In this document: positions 23,674 through 32,217 of the stretch, piece after piece
Layout: the number at the start of each line of letters is the position of its first letter
Position numbering within the stretch: the stretch's first letter is position 1
DNA from: a virus
Taxonomy: Duplodnaviria; Heunggongvirae; Uroviricota; Caudoviricetes
Virus record (IMG/VR): IMGVR_UViG_2630968543_000006
Strand: one strand, 5' to 3'
Length of the DNA: 33,147 nucleotides
Position numbers and translations under genes: made by a program
Notes under the pieces: generated by a model
What the model was told of the DNA's origin: nothing
Database searches by the model: none
Seen by the model: the letters and a program-made list of their open reading frames with translations, nothing else

Positions 23674-24193
23674 TCAGCAACCCCGGTATCAGTTCATCCA
23701 GCGCGGCTGCTTTGTTCATGGCTTTGATGATATCCCGTTTCAGGAAATCAACATGTCGGTTTTCCAGTTCCGGAAAACGCCGCTGCACCGACAGGGGGAT
23801 CCCGTCGAGAATACTGGCAATTTCACCTGCGATCCGCGACAGCACGAAAGTACAGAATGCGGTTTCCACCACTTCAGCGGAGTCTCTGGCATTCTTCAGT
23901 TCCTGTGCGTCGGCCTGCGCACGCGTAAGTCGATGGCGTTCGTACTCAATAGTCCCTGGCTGGAGATCTGCCTCGCGGGCCTGCCGCAGTTCTTCAACCT
24001 CCCGGCGCAGCTTTTCGTTCTCAATTTCAGCATCCCTTTCGGCATACCATTTTATAACGGCGGCAGAGTCATAAAGCACCTCATTACCCTTGCCACCGCC
24101 TCGCAGAACGGGCATTCCCTGTTCCTGCCAGTTCTGAATGGTACGGATACTCGCACCGAAAATGTCAGCCAGCTGCTTTTTGTTGACTTCCAT
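23648..24193 (-). CDS. Nu1: Terminase small subunit Nu1
   Basis: 181 aa, MEVNKKQLADIFGASIRTIQNWQEQGMPVLRGGGKGNEVLYDSAAVIKWYAERDAEIENEKLRREVEELRQA... matches lambda gpNu1. Confidence 0.97.
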
Positions 24194-24400
24194 TGTTCAT
24201 TCCACGGCCAAAAACAGAGAAAGGAAACGACAGAGGCCAAAAAGCCCGTTTTCAGCACCTGTCGTTTCCTTTCTTTTTAGGGGGTGTTTTAAATAAAAAC
24301 ATGAAGTTACGGCGAAGAAGAACGGAAACGCCTTAAGCCGGAAAATTTTCATAAATAGCGAAAACCCACGAGGTCGCCGCCCCGTAACCTGTCGGATCGC
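24194..24400 (-). other. cos: cos region: cosB (24194-24370), cosN 12-nt cohesive end (24371-24382), cosQ side (24383-24400)
   Basis: Plus 24371-24382 aggtcgccgccc is the reverse complement of the lambda cohesive end GGGCGGCGACCT. Flanks match the recalled lambda left end (CGCGGGTTTTCGCTATTTATGAAAATTTTCCGG...) and right end (...CGACAGGTTACG). Confidence 0.85.
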
Positions 24401-24581
24401 CGGAAAGGACCCGCAAAATGATAATAATTATCATCTACATGTCACAACGTGCATCTACGCCATCAAACCACGTCAAATAATCAATTATGACGCAGGTATC
24501 GTATTAATTGATCTGCATCAACTTAACGTAAAAACAACTTCAGACAATACAAATCAGCGACACTGAATACGGGGCAACCTC

Positions 24582-24776
24582 ATGTCAACGAAGAACAGAA
24601 CCCGCAGAACAACAACCCGCAACATCCGCTTTCCTAACCAAATGATTGAACAAATTAACATCGCTCTTGAGCAAAAAGGGTCCGGGAATTTCTCAGCCTG
24701 GGTCATTGAAGCCTGCCGTCGGAGACTAACGTCAGAAAAGAGAGCATATACATCAATCCAAAGTGATGATGGATGA
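24582..24776 (+). CDS. ylcI: Small basic protein, YlcI-like ORF (counterpart of the lambda right-end small ORF)
   Basis: 64-aa ORF MSTKNRTRRTTTRNIRFPNQMIEQINIALEQKGSGNFSAWVIEACRRRL... in the position of the lambda ORF between bor and cos. Family assignment from memory only. Confidence 0.55.
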   Translation: MSTKNRTRRTTTRNIRFPNQMIEQINIALEQKGSGNFSAWVIEACRRRLTSEKRAYTSIQSDDG

Positions 24777-25137
24777 ACATCCCGGTTTCTTCCACCATCG
24801 CACCGGAAAAGCGACTATGAGGGTAACCCTGCGTCTGTCAGCACAGTAAAACCCGGTGTGCATCGTTTTTGATTATTCCCGCACACTCACGCAGAAGGAA
24901 TTCCCCGTCGGGCTACGGTCATGGTTAATGCGGGAATACGGCGACGATACAGCGCAGCTAAAAGGGTAATGGACAGATAGAGCGGTTTATTTCATTCCAC
25001 AGGATTCTGAGTGCCCCCCCCTCCTCCAATAGGCTGAGCATCCACCTATATAGTTTTAATTTTCATCAATCCATTTAACTATCGTTTAATTGTTGTCACA
25101 TAGGATTCTGCCGTTTTTAACAATGCAGGATAATAAG

Positions 25138-25431
25138 ATGAAAAAAATGTTGTTTTCTGCCGCTCTGGCAATGCTTATTACAGGATGTGCTCAACAGACG
25201 TTTACTGTTGGAAACAAACCGACAGCAGTAACACCAAAGGAAACCATCACCCATCATTTCTTCGTTTCGGGAATTGGACAGGAGAAAACTGTTGATGCAG
25301 CCAAAATTTGTGGCGGCGCAGAAAATGTTGTTAAAACAGAAACCCAGCAAACATTCGTAAATGGATTTCTCGGTTTTATTACTTTAGGCATTTATACTCC
25401 GCTGGAAGCGCGTGTGTATTGCTCACAATAA
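25138..25431 (+). CDS. bor: Bor lipoprotein (serum-resistance lipoprotein, Iss homologue)
   Basis: ATG at 25138 after AGGA; MKKMLFSAALAMLITGC (lipobox) AQQTFTV...ETITHHFFVSGIGQ...TPLEARVYCSQ, 97 aa, close to lambda Bor. Oriented opposite to the late genes, as in lambda. Confidence 0.93.
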   Translation: MKKMLFSAALAMLITGCAQQTFTVGNKPTAVTPKETITHHFFVSGIGQEKTVDAAKICGGAENVVKTETQQTFVNGFLGFITLGIYTPLEARVYCSQ

Positions 25432-25462
25432 TTGCATGAGTTGCCCATCGATATGGGCAGCT

Positions 25463-25924
25463 CTATCTGCACTGCTCATTAATATACTTCTGGGTTCCTT
25501 CCAGTTGTTTTTGCATAGTGATCAGCCTCTCTCTGAGGGTGAAATAATCCCGTTCAGCGGTGTCTGCCAGTCGGGGGGAGGCTGCATTATCCACGCCGGA
25601 GGCGGTGGTGGCTTCACGCACTGACTGACAGACTGCTTTGATGTGCAACCGACGACGACCAGCGGCAACATCATCACGCAGAGCATCATTTTCAGCTTTC
25701 GCATCAGCTAACTCCTTCGTGTATTTTGCATCGAGCGCAGCAACATCACGCTGACGCATCTGCATGTCAGTAATTGCCGCGTTCGCCAGCTTCAGTTCTC
25801 TGGCATTTTTGTCGCGCTGGGCTTTGTAGGTAATGGCGTTATCACGGTAATGATTAACAGCCCATGACAGGCAGACGATGATGCAGATAACCAGAGCGGA
25901 GATAATCGCGGTTACTCTGTTCAT
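25463..25924 (-). CDS. Rz: Rz i-spanin
   Basis: ATG at 25924 gives [50 protein letters not shown]... (153 aa), matching lambda Rz. Start overlaps the R stop (ATGA). Confidence 0.93.
   Translation of the reverse strand: MNRVTAIISALVICIIVCLSWAVNHYRDNAITYKAQRDKNARELKLANAAITDMQMRQRDVAALDAKYTKELADAKAENDALRDDVAAGRRRLHIKAVCQSVREATTASGVDNAASPRLADTAERDYFTLRERLITMQKQLEGTQKYINEQCR
25522..25704 (-). CDS. Rz1: Rz1 o-spanin (lipoprotein embedded in the +1 frame of Rz)
   Basis: 60 aa, [20 protein letters not shown] (lipobox) [40 protein letters not shown]; entirely inside Rz. Confidence 0.9.
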   Translation of the reverse strand: MRKLKMMLCVMMLPLVVVGCTSKQSVSQCVKPPPPPAWIMQPPPDWQTPLNGIISPSERG

Positions 25925-26418
25925 TGCTGACCCCACAAACAGATTTCACGCTCAATCTCACGACGAGTCATGAGACCTTTCCATTGCTTACCGCCAGCAT
26001 ATGTCCAGCGACGTAGCTGATCACATGCGCCTTTGATATCGCCCTGGTTTATTTTGCGAAGAAGCGTCGATGTTCTGAAATTGCCAGCACCCACGTTGTA
26101 AACGAATGAGTAAAGAGCGCCGCGCGTTGTTTCCGGTATATCGACTTTGATGTACGGGTTAATTTGTCTGGCGACAGTGGCAAGGTCTTTATTCAAGAGT
26201 GCTTTGCATTCTGCTTTGGTATACGTTTTACCGAGCATGATGTCTTTTCCTGTATGCCCGTGACATACAGTCCATACACCAACAATATCTTTGTATGGTA
26301 TGTAGCTGACACCTTCCAGACCATCGTTACCACTTGGGCCAGTAATTAACACTGATGCTATAGCAATTGCTCCGCCACCAATAGCAGCAGCAACGGCTTT
26401 TCGTAATGATGGAGGCAT
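25921..26418 (-). CDS. R: SAR endolysin, phage-21 R-type lysozyme (not the lambda R transglycosylase)
   Basis: 165 aa; N-terminal signal-anchor-release segment [20 protein letters not shown] followed by a lysozyme domain (...[14 protein letters not shown]...). Matches P21 R / DLP12 RrrD by recall. Confidence 0.9.
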   Translation of the reverse strand: MPPSLRKAVAAAIGGGAIAIASVLITGPSGNDGLEGVSYIPYKDIVGVWTVCHGHTGKDIMLGKTYTKAECKALLNKDLATVARQINPYIKVDIPETTRGALYSFVYNVGAGNFRTSTLLRKINQGDIKGACDQLRRWTYAGGKQWKGLMTRREIEREICLWGQQ

Positions 26419-26633
26419 TATTCACCTCTCGCAGCCTTGCGCTTATCTTCTTTAATCTTGAAATAAAGGTTTGTCAGGTACGTCAGCAGGCCAAATACCA
26501 GGCTACCCAGCACTCCAATTGCCGCCCACTGTGAGGGCGTGACTTTATCTAGCAGCTGTAAAAACCAGTACCCGGCACTACCTGCTGAGGTGCCATAGGC
26601 GACACCCGTTGTTAACTTATCCATGGATTTCAT
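26418..26633 (-). CDS. S: Pinholin S (phage-21 S-type) with dual-start motif
   Basis: 71 aa, [74 protein letters not shown] codons at 26633 (M1) and 26624 (M4) are consistent with the S21-71/S21-68 pair. Confidence 0.9.
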
Positions 26634-26744
26634 AACCCCACCTCGCAGACAAAGCGGGTGTAAATTGAGGGAATACTACGAAACGTAACAGACTCGGAGT
26701 CAGTGAATAACTCAGGTATTGGGTTATCAGCTAATATCGAGACT

Positions 26745-26778
26745 CAAAAAATGGAAAAACCCGCTCGACGGCGGGTTT
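26745..26778 (-). terminator. Intrinsic terminator on the late-gene strand, about 110 nt upstream of S
   Basis: 8-bp stem aaacccgc (26757-26764) / gcgggttt (26771-26778) followed on the minus strand by TTTTCCATTTTTT. Confidence 0.5.
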
Positions 26779-27205
26779 AAGCTGTGTGACGAAGTAACCA
26801 CTCTTAACAGCATAACCAATTTTTTACGTACGTAAACCACTAAATGATATTTGCGAGAATGCTACCGAGTATTGAAAACACCACTACAAATACATAAGCA
26901 AATCTCAACAAATAACCAACAAATAATTTCCAGCGTTATTTTTAGCCGATTTAAATTGAACCTTCAAATTATAGAGCACTTATAAATAACAGCCATTAAT
27001 ATAAATTGGCTAATAGATTTATTTTTATTCAGCCAAGAGCCATGAATAGGATTCGATAGAAAAAAGTTCAGATAAAAATAGAGATCTACTTCACAAATCA
27101 AACGAGAAACCAAAACTTACATCTTGAAATAATCACATTGATTAGATGAATATTTATCGCGCAGTGACATCATTTTTTAATAATAGTTCAAAAAAAGGGC
27201 TCACG

Positions 27206-28288
27206 ATGAAAAAATTAACAGTGGCAATTTCTGCTGTAGCTGCATCAGTACTGATGGCGATGTCTGCTCAGGCAGCTGAAATTTATAATAAAGACAGTAA
27301 CAAGCTGGATCTGTACGGGAAAGTTAATGCTAAGCACTACTTCTCCTCTAATGATGCAGATGATGGTGATACTACTTATGCCCGTCTTGGCTTCAAAGGT
27401 GAAACCCAAATCAACGATCAACTGACTGGTTTCGGTCAGTGGGAATATGAATTCAAAGGCAACCGCGCTGAATCTCAAGGTTCTTCCAAAGACAAAACCC
27501 GTCTTGCATTTGCAGGCCTGAAATTTGGTGATTACGGCTCAATCGATTACGGCCGTAACTACGGTGTAGCATACGACATCGGTGCGTGGACTGACGTTCT
27601 GCCAGAATTCGGTGGTGATACCTGGACCCAAACAGATGTGTTCATGACTGGTCGCACTACTGGTGTTGCAACTTATCGTAACAACGACTTCTTTGGTCTG
27701 GTCGATGGCCTGAACTTTGCTGCTCAGTATCAGGGTAAAAATGACCGCACTGACGTAACTGAAGCCAATGGTGATGGTTTCGGTTTCTCCACTACTTATG
27801 AGTATGAAGGATTCGGCGTGGGTGCAACCTATGCTAAATCAGATCGCACTGACGGTCAGGTCGCCTATGGTAAGAGCAAATTCAATGCCTCCGGCAAAAA
27901 TGCGGAAGTATGGGCTGCAGGCCTGAAATATGATGCGAACAATATCTATCTGGCTACCACATATTCTGAAACTCAGAATATGACCGTTTTTGGTAATAAC
28001 CATATTGCAAACAAAGCACAAAACTTTGAAGCAGTAGCACAATATCAGTTTGACTTCGGTCTGCGCCCATCTGTTGCTTACCTTCAGTCAAAAGGTAAAG
28101 ACCTTGGTGTTCATGGTGACCGAGACTTAGTCAAGTATGTCGATGTCGGTGCTACTTACTACTTTAATAAAAACATGTCCACTTTTGTTGATTACAAAAT
28201 CAACTTAATTGACGATAGTAAGTTTACCAAAACAGCTGATATTGATACCGACGACATCGTCGCTGTAGGTCTGGTTTACCAGTTCTAA
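27206..28288 (+). CDS. nmpC: General outer-membrane porin, NmpC/Lc type (OmpC/OmpF/PhoE family)
   Basis: ATG at 27206 gives signal peptide [23 protein letters not shown] then [24 protein letters not shown]... and C-terminal ...VAVGLVYQF (360 aa). Opposite orientation to the late genes, between Q and S, as in DLP12. Confidence 0.9.
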   Translation: MKKLTVAISAVAASVLMAMSAQAAEIYNKDSNKLDLYGKVNAKHYFSSNDADDGDTTYARLGFKGETQINDQLTGFGQWEYEFKGNRAESQGSSKDKTRLAFAGLKFGDYGSIDYGRNYGVAYDIGAWTDVLPEFGGDTWTQTDVFMTGRTTGVATYRNNDFFGLVDGLNFAAQYQGKNDRTDVTEANGDGFGFSTTYEYEGFGVGATYAKSDRTDGQVAYGKSKFNASGKNAEVWAAGLKYDANNIYLATTYSETQNMTVFGNNHIANKAQNFEAVAQYQFDFGLRPSVAYLQSKGKDLGVHGDRDLVKYVDVGATYYFNKNMSTFVDYKINLIDDSKFTKTADIDTDDIVAVGLVYQF

Positions 28289-28425
28289 TCTGATTACGAA
28301 AAAGATATGTTGCGGGAGGCGTTGCCTCCCCAACATATAAGTGGCTCCCTCAAGCCACTTCCTTTAGAAGCACAACCTTGCTTCTAACTATATAAACCTT
28401 CTGTTATATATTACCCTTTATTTTT

Positions 28426-28450
28426 GGGGGCGTCTCAACGCCCCATTTTT
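28426..28450 (+). terminator. Hairpin plus T-tract about 140 nt downstream of nmpC (plus-strand terminator candidate)
   Basis: Stem ggggcgt (28427-28433) / acgcccc (28438-28444), then a T5 run at 28446-28450. A second GC hairpin gggaggc/gcctccc at 28314-28330 lies right after the nmpC stop. Confidence 0.45.
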
Positions 28451-28477
28451 AATAATTTTTAGTAAACAATTGGCATA

Positions 28478-28861
28478 TTAATTAGAGTTATTAACAACGA
28501 TATCCATCTCTAACTGGATATCTAATGCCATTAACATCCCTTCAATTATGCCCTCAGCCTTCTGTAACCTTTTCCCGATATAACCATCAGAGCAGCAATG
28601 CTTACCTGCCAGTGACATGAATGTCATACCGACTACATAATAATCTACTAATAAATCGTGCAAATCGCTGTTGTTCTTTTTCAGACGGGCCATGCACCCG
28701 CAAATGATCATAGCGTCATCGTCACAACATTGCGGGCGAGATTTTACTTTTGAAGTAATTAATCCCTTAAAACCGGCGGCAATGGACGACCAGGTCACAT
28801 CTTCATGATTATTAGCCGCCCACGCTCCCCAACGCTCAAGAACCATCTGAATATCACGCAT
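28478..28861 (-). CDS. Q: Late-gene antiterminator Q (DLP12 QuuD / phage-82-like type)
   Basis: ATG at 28861 gives [62 protein letters not shown]... (127 aa). Matches DLP12 QuuD by recall. Track start is TTG at 28876. Confidence 0.85.
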   Translation of the reverse strand: MRDIQMVLERWGAWAANNHEDVTWSSIAAGFKGLITSKVKSRPQCCDDDAMIICGCMARLKKNNSDLHDLLVDYYVVGMTFMSLAGKHCCSDGYIGKRLQKAEGIIEGMLMALDIQLEMDIVVNNSN

Positions 28862-28946
28862 CAACTTACTCCACAAAAATCAGACCAGAACGCCAATTAC
28901 AAGCAAAAATCAACAAAACAGTATTAGTTGATTGTTATCTCTGACT

Positions 28947-29069
28947 TCATACTCCTGCTCCTGTCAGGGTTTTGGCGTAATTCTTCAGTATTCGGTAATC
29001 GGTCAAAACAGAACCGGGGAAACGATATAAGCGCAGATGCCCCCAGCGGTGGCGAAGAAGTTCTGCCAT
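28947..29069 (-). CDS. ylcG: Small ORF (40 aa) between rusA and Q, YlcG-like by position
   Basis: Hand translation gives MAELLRHRWGHLRLYRFPGSVLTDYRILKNYAKTLTGAGV. Below the 60-aa track cutoff; position matches DLP12 ylcG. Confidence 0.45.
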   Translation of the reverse strand: MAELLRHRWGHLRLYRFPGSVLTDYRILKNYAKTLTGAGV

Positions 29070-29083
29070 ATAAAACTCAAACA

Positions 29084-29446
29084 TCATTCATTCCCCATTT
29101 CGGTGATGGTCAGTTCCAGCCTCCCACCTTTGGTAACAGGCATCTTCACAACGCGGTAATCAACGACCTGAGCATCATCCAGCCAGAAACCTGCTTTGGT
29201 GAGTGCGTCAAAAGAGGCTTTTTGTAGATTATCCAGGTCACGGCGACGGCGATCCGGCATGTGGCACTCAATGCGGATTTTCACAGGCATAGCCAGACCG
29301 ATATCCAGCATTGAGCCTTTAATGATTCGGGCGACGTTATCGCGGTATGCCTGCCCTTCTGCGCTGATGTGCGTGCGCCCTCGATTATGGCGGTAGTAGC
29401 GGTTATTGCTCGGCGGCCAGGGTAGTGTGATGTGGTAAGTATTCAC
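29084..29446 (-). CDS. rusA: Holliday junction resolvase RusA
   Basis: 120 aa, [120 protein letters not shown]; near-identical to E. coli RusA by recall. Confidence 0.95.
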   Translation of the reverse strand: MNTYHITLPWPPSNNRYYRHNRGRTHISAEGQAYRDNVARIIKGSMLDIGLAMPVKIRIECHMPDRRRRDLDNLQKASFDALTKAGFWLDDAQVVDYRVVKMPVTKGGRLELTITEMGNE

Positions 29447-29733
29447 GCCTTAATTACCCCCTCTTTCAGCCAGATAACCTGCGTTCTCGCCATACCTTCC
29501 AGCGCGCATTCTTTTGCATATCCAGCGTCAACAAAATGCGTGCGGCGGTCGATTTCGTCGTGGCAGGCAGAACATGCAATGGTGGCAATCAGGTCTGGCG
29601 GTTTCGTACCGGTGCCGCACAATCCAGTCAGCCGGATATGTGCCAGTACAGACGTTTCAGGGTTGCCATTACATACGCCAGGGATTCTTACCTGGCATTC
29701 CCGACCACGCGCTGCTTTTCTCAAATCAGCCAT
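29443..29733 (-). CDS. ybcO: YbcO-like protein (DUF1364, putative nuclease)
   Basis: ATG at 29733 gives [64 protein letters not shown]... (96 aa). Cys-rich; matches DLP12 YbcO by recall. Confidence 0.85.
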   Translation of the reverse strand: MADLRKAARGRECQVRIPGVCNGNPETSVLAHIRLTGLCGTGTKPPDLIATIACSACHDEIDRRTHFVDAGYAKECALEGMARTQVIWLKEGVIKA

Positions 29734-29896
29734 GATTCCTCCTTGCTGCCAGTCGCAACCATTTTTTATCAACCAGGCTAGCGGTATATCCGAGCAGTGT
29801 TGGTATTTCGGATGGCTTCAGCTCAGGTTTACGCTTACGACGATTTGGTACTTTGTAGATGTGTCCGTTCATGACACGAATAAGCGGTGTAGCCAT
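29726..29896 (-). CDS. ninE: NinE-like protein
   Basis: Hand translation gives the 56-aa [56 protein letters not shown]. Start overlaps the ybcN stop and stop overlaps the ybcO start. Below the track cutoff. Confidence 0.7.
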   Translation of the reverse strand: MATPLIRVMNGHIYKVPNRRKRKPELKPSEIPTLLGYTASLVDKKWLRLAARRNHG

Positions 29897-30351
29897 TACG
29901 CCTCCTGCTTGTCGCGCAGCAGCTGGAACTCGCAGCTCTGCGGAATAGTCAGGTGGCAGCCAATATTCATCGCCCAGGCTTCAACCTTACACAGGAAGAC
30001 ATACATCTCTCCGGTATCAAGATCGGAGGTATGGCGTAACGACTGGATAGTAGTGATTTCGCCGGTTACGACATCAACCAGGTCCTTGGTTTCATAACCG
30101 AGGTATGTGTGTTTGAGAGCATCTTTTACCCATGCTGCGGTAGCGAACGATTTCCCCCTGCTGATGAGGTATTCACTGATTTCGCTGTACCACATGTGGC
30201 TGAGTGCATTCTGGGAAAGACTGCGTCTCTCTCGCCACGGTTTAAGCACCATGCGAAAGCATTTGCCGTCTTCCAGATAAGGCTGGATCTGCTGACCGAT
30301 AGCGGTGAAGTTACCGCGATGCAATTTGATGCCATCTTGTGGGAGGTTCAC
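29896..30351 (-). CDS. ybcN: YbcN-like protein (DUF1367, nin-region protein)
   Basis: 151 aa, [61 protein letters not shown]...; matches DLP12 YbcN by recall. Confidence 0.85.
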   Translation of the reverse strand: MNLPQDGIKLHRGNFTAIGQQIQPYLEDGKCFRMVLKPWRERRSLSQNALSHMWYSEISEYLISRGKSFATAAWVKDALKHTYLGYETKDLVDVVTGEITTIQSLRHTSDLDTGEMYVFLCKVEAWAMNIGCHLTIPQSCEFQLLRDKQEA

Positions 30352-30557
30352 GCTTCACCTCCACAGAGGTCAAACGCTAGATGCAAAGAATTGCAGGTGC
30401 ATTTCTGCATCTGTGAAAGGAGAAGATAGTTTGGATTGTATGTGCGCATAAACGTCCCCGTTTAGCGCAGAAGTCACCGGAGTTGTTCAGGCTCCGATTA
30501 CTTAATTATGGCAAGTTGATTATCGCAAATCAAAGGTTTTAATTGTGCTTTATTCTT

Positions 30558-30758
30558 TCAAGCGTTTCCTTCATACCAAAGCCTATAAAGTTTTTCTTCT
30601 TCGTTTGGGTTAATAGGCTCACCATGTTTTAATTTTTCAGTGTACAAAATTGTTGAACAAATCGCGGAAGTTAATCCAGTGATCGCCATCTGCTGCAGAT
30701 CGGATTTTTGTGTCCCCCCCAACAGACGATCTCCCATCCATGTAATAATTGTATCCAT
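30558..30758 (-). CDS. Hypothetical 66-aa protein
   Basis: ORF MDTIITWMGDRLLGGTQKSDLQQMAITGLTSAICSTILYTEKLKHGEPINPNEEEKLYRLWYEGNA on the same strand as the nin genes. No family recognised. Contains a C7 tract at 30714-30720. Confidence 0.4.
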   Translation of the reverse strand: MDTIITWMGDRLLGGTQKSDLQQMAITGLTSAICSTILYTEKLKHGEPINPNEEEKLYRLWYEGNA

Positions 30759-31351
30759 GCTTCAGCCCTTCTTAGTAAATAGTGTGTAGGGCGACTGAAG
30801 GACCGAGTTTATGCTTTTTCGCATTGCTTTCAGTTAGTAGACCGGTATCGCACCGGAAACAATCCTACGGCAAATTGGTTGTCTGACCTCTCGGTTTTTC
30901 GTGCATTAACCGATACCCACTACAGTCTCGGCGAAAGCTGCACACCCCCAAGGTGTACTGGTAGCACTCGGCACAGCCTAGCGCGCCACTTTCTTCTCAC
31001 TATCCAGTCTAATTTTATCCCCTAGTCAGACACTCAGATGTAGTGCTCCGCAGCGGCATGCGGGGGAATACAAAAACTCGGACAAAATTGGGCCCTCCTT
31101 TTTGAATCACTCGCGGGGATGTAGTTATTAATACATGGGAAAAGATCTGTTTTCAAATCCAACATTATATGGTTTCAATACCACGGGGTGGCTATGTGGC
31201 TATGTGTTTCTCATTATTATTTACAATCTACTGTAATCGCTCCGAACGCAAATGCGTCAATACTCGAATCAACTGATCATCCTGCCACGACTGAAATCTC
31301 AAATAGGCCGTTTCTCAAGTAAGAGATTTTGAATGCATTATTGGCTACTGA

Positions 31352-31378
31352 AATAAAAAACCCAGCGCCAACTGGGTT
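31352..31378 (-). terminator. Rho-independent terminator just after the 164-aa gene
   Basis: Stem aacccag (31359-31365) / ctgggtt (31372-31378), followed on the minus strand by TTTTTTATTT; 18 nt after the stop at 31396. Confidence 0.7.
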
Positions 31379-31395
31379 CATATGAAATTTTTTTG

Positions 31396-31890
31396 TCATT
31401 TCCAATTGCAAGACTGTGAAATTTTTTCCACAACCTTATCAATCTCAGACAAGTCAAACTCAACTACTTGCATAGTTGATCCATAAGGTTCAAACCCAAA
31501 AATAGCTTTTTTATGCTTAGCCAAGGTCTTTATAAATTGTATTGGTTGTGGAGCAAATGCAGAATCACCGCCTTCCCCACCTCCCCAAGCACTCTTGACC
31601 GGCTTTCCGCCATCTAACCGCACTGTAATTCTTGGGTTGTCCGAACCCATATAATCATTGAATGATAAATAGGCATCTGTTTTGTTATCACTACAACGCA
31701 ACACCAGTGAAGTTGCACGATCAGTACCTGCTTTGTTATATGAATCTGGTGATAAATTAAGAGCCACAAAGTCAGTCTGGTCAGTCATTTTATTTATCTC
31801 AGACTTTGTTATCCACGACCCTAACTTCTCTACACCAGCATTTGCAGTAAACGAGGCACTTATGACAAAGGCTATAATAAATTTTCTCAT
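31396..31890 (-). CDS. Secreted (periplasmic) protein of unknown function, likely an accessory (moron) gene
   Basis: 164 aa with signal peptide MRKFIIAFVISASFTANA. Has its own terminator and is separated from downstream genes by the ORF-poor stretch. No family recognised. Confidence 0.6.
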   Translation of the reverse strand: MRKFIIAFVISASFTANAGVEKLGSWITKSEINKMTDQTDFVALNLSPDSYNKAGTDRATSLVLRCSDNKTDAYLSFNDYMGSDNPRITVRLDGGKPVKSAWGGGEGGDSAFAPQPIQFIKTLAKHKKAIFGFEPYGSTMQVVEFDLSEIDKVVEKISQSCNWK

Positions 31891-32036
31891 AACCCTATCT
31901 CCTTGGATTTAAAGAACTAAATATTATCAAGTCTCTTGCCACTAGAAAACCCACTTTATTTCCAAACTCTGATGGCATTCCTGAAAATCCGCTTCATACT
32001 CACTTGCCCCGCCCTATCATCCTGAGTAGCTAACCG

Positions 32037-32210
32037 TTAAACAAACGTTCGCCAGACCTTACCATCAATGACCAGGATTCCTGCCCGCGCCATTTTTGCC
32101 GCAGCCTGATTTATGCTGGTTAATGTCACACCTGTTGTCGCAGCAACGTCCGGCGCACAGAAGCTCTTGTGCGTCTCCAGATAATGAATAATTGCCTCTT
32201 TGCCCGTCAT
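32037..32210 (-). CDS. Small winged-helix-like protein, 57 aa from ATG at 32210 (PapI/FaeA-like pattern); possibly the 3' remnant of a gene disrupted by the IS
   Basis: MTGKEAIIHYLETHKSFCAPDVAATTGVTLTSINQAAAKMARAGILVIDGKVWRTFV. The track ORF 32037..32402 runs upstream into the IS, which ends 8 bp from this ATG, and there is no convincing ribosome-binding site. Confidence 0.4.
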   Translation of the reverse strand: MTGKEAIIHYLETHKSFCAPDVAATTGVTLTSINQAAAKMARAGILVIDGKVWRTFV

Positions 32211-32217
32211 ACAGTTG

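Noticed and set aside
26634-28477. Possible Shiga-toxin or tRNA cargo between Q and S
   Set aside because: This position carries stx and tRNA genes in some lambdoid phages, but here the only gene is the porin; no A/B-toxin-like ORFs or tRNA cloverleaf were seen.
30109-30429. 106-aa plus-strand ORF
   Set aside because: Overlaps ybcN on the opposite strand and extends into the intergenic region; no support as a gene.
30759-31395. tRNA or retron msr/msd RNA in the ORF-poor stretch
   Set aside because: A TTCAAAT motif near 31153-31159 lacks flanking complementary T-arm stems, and no reverse transcriptase gene is nearby; left as an unexplained non-coding region.
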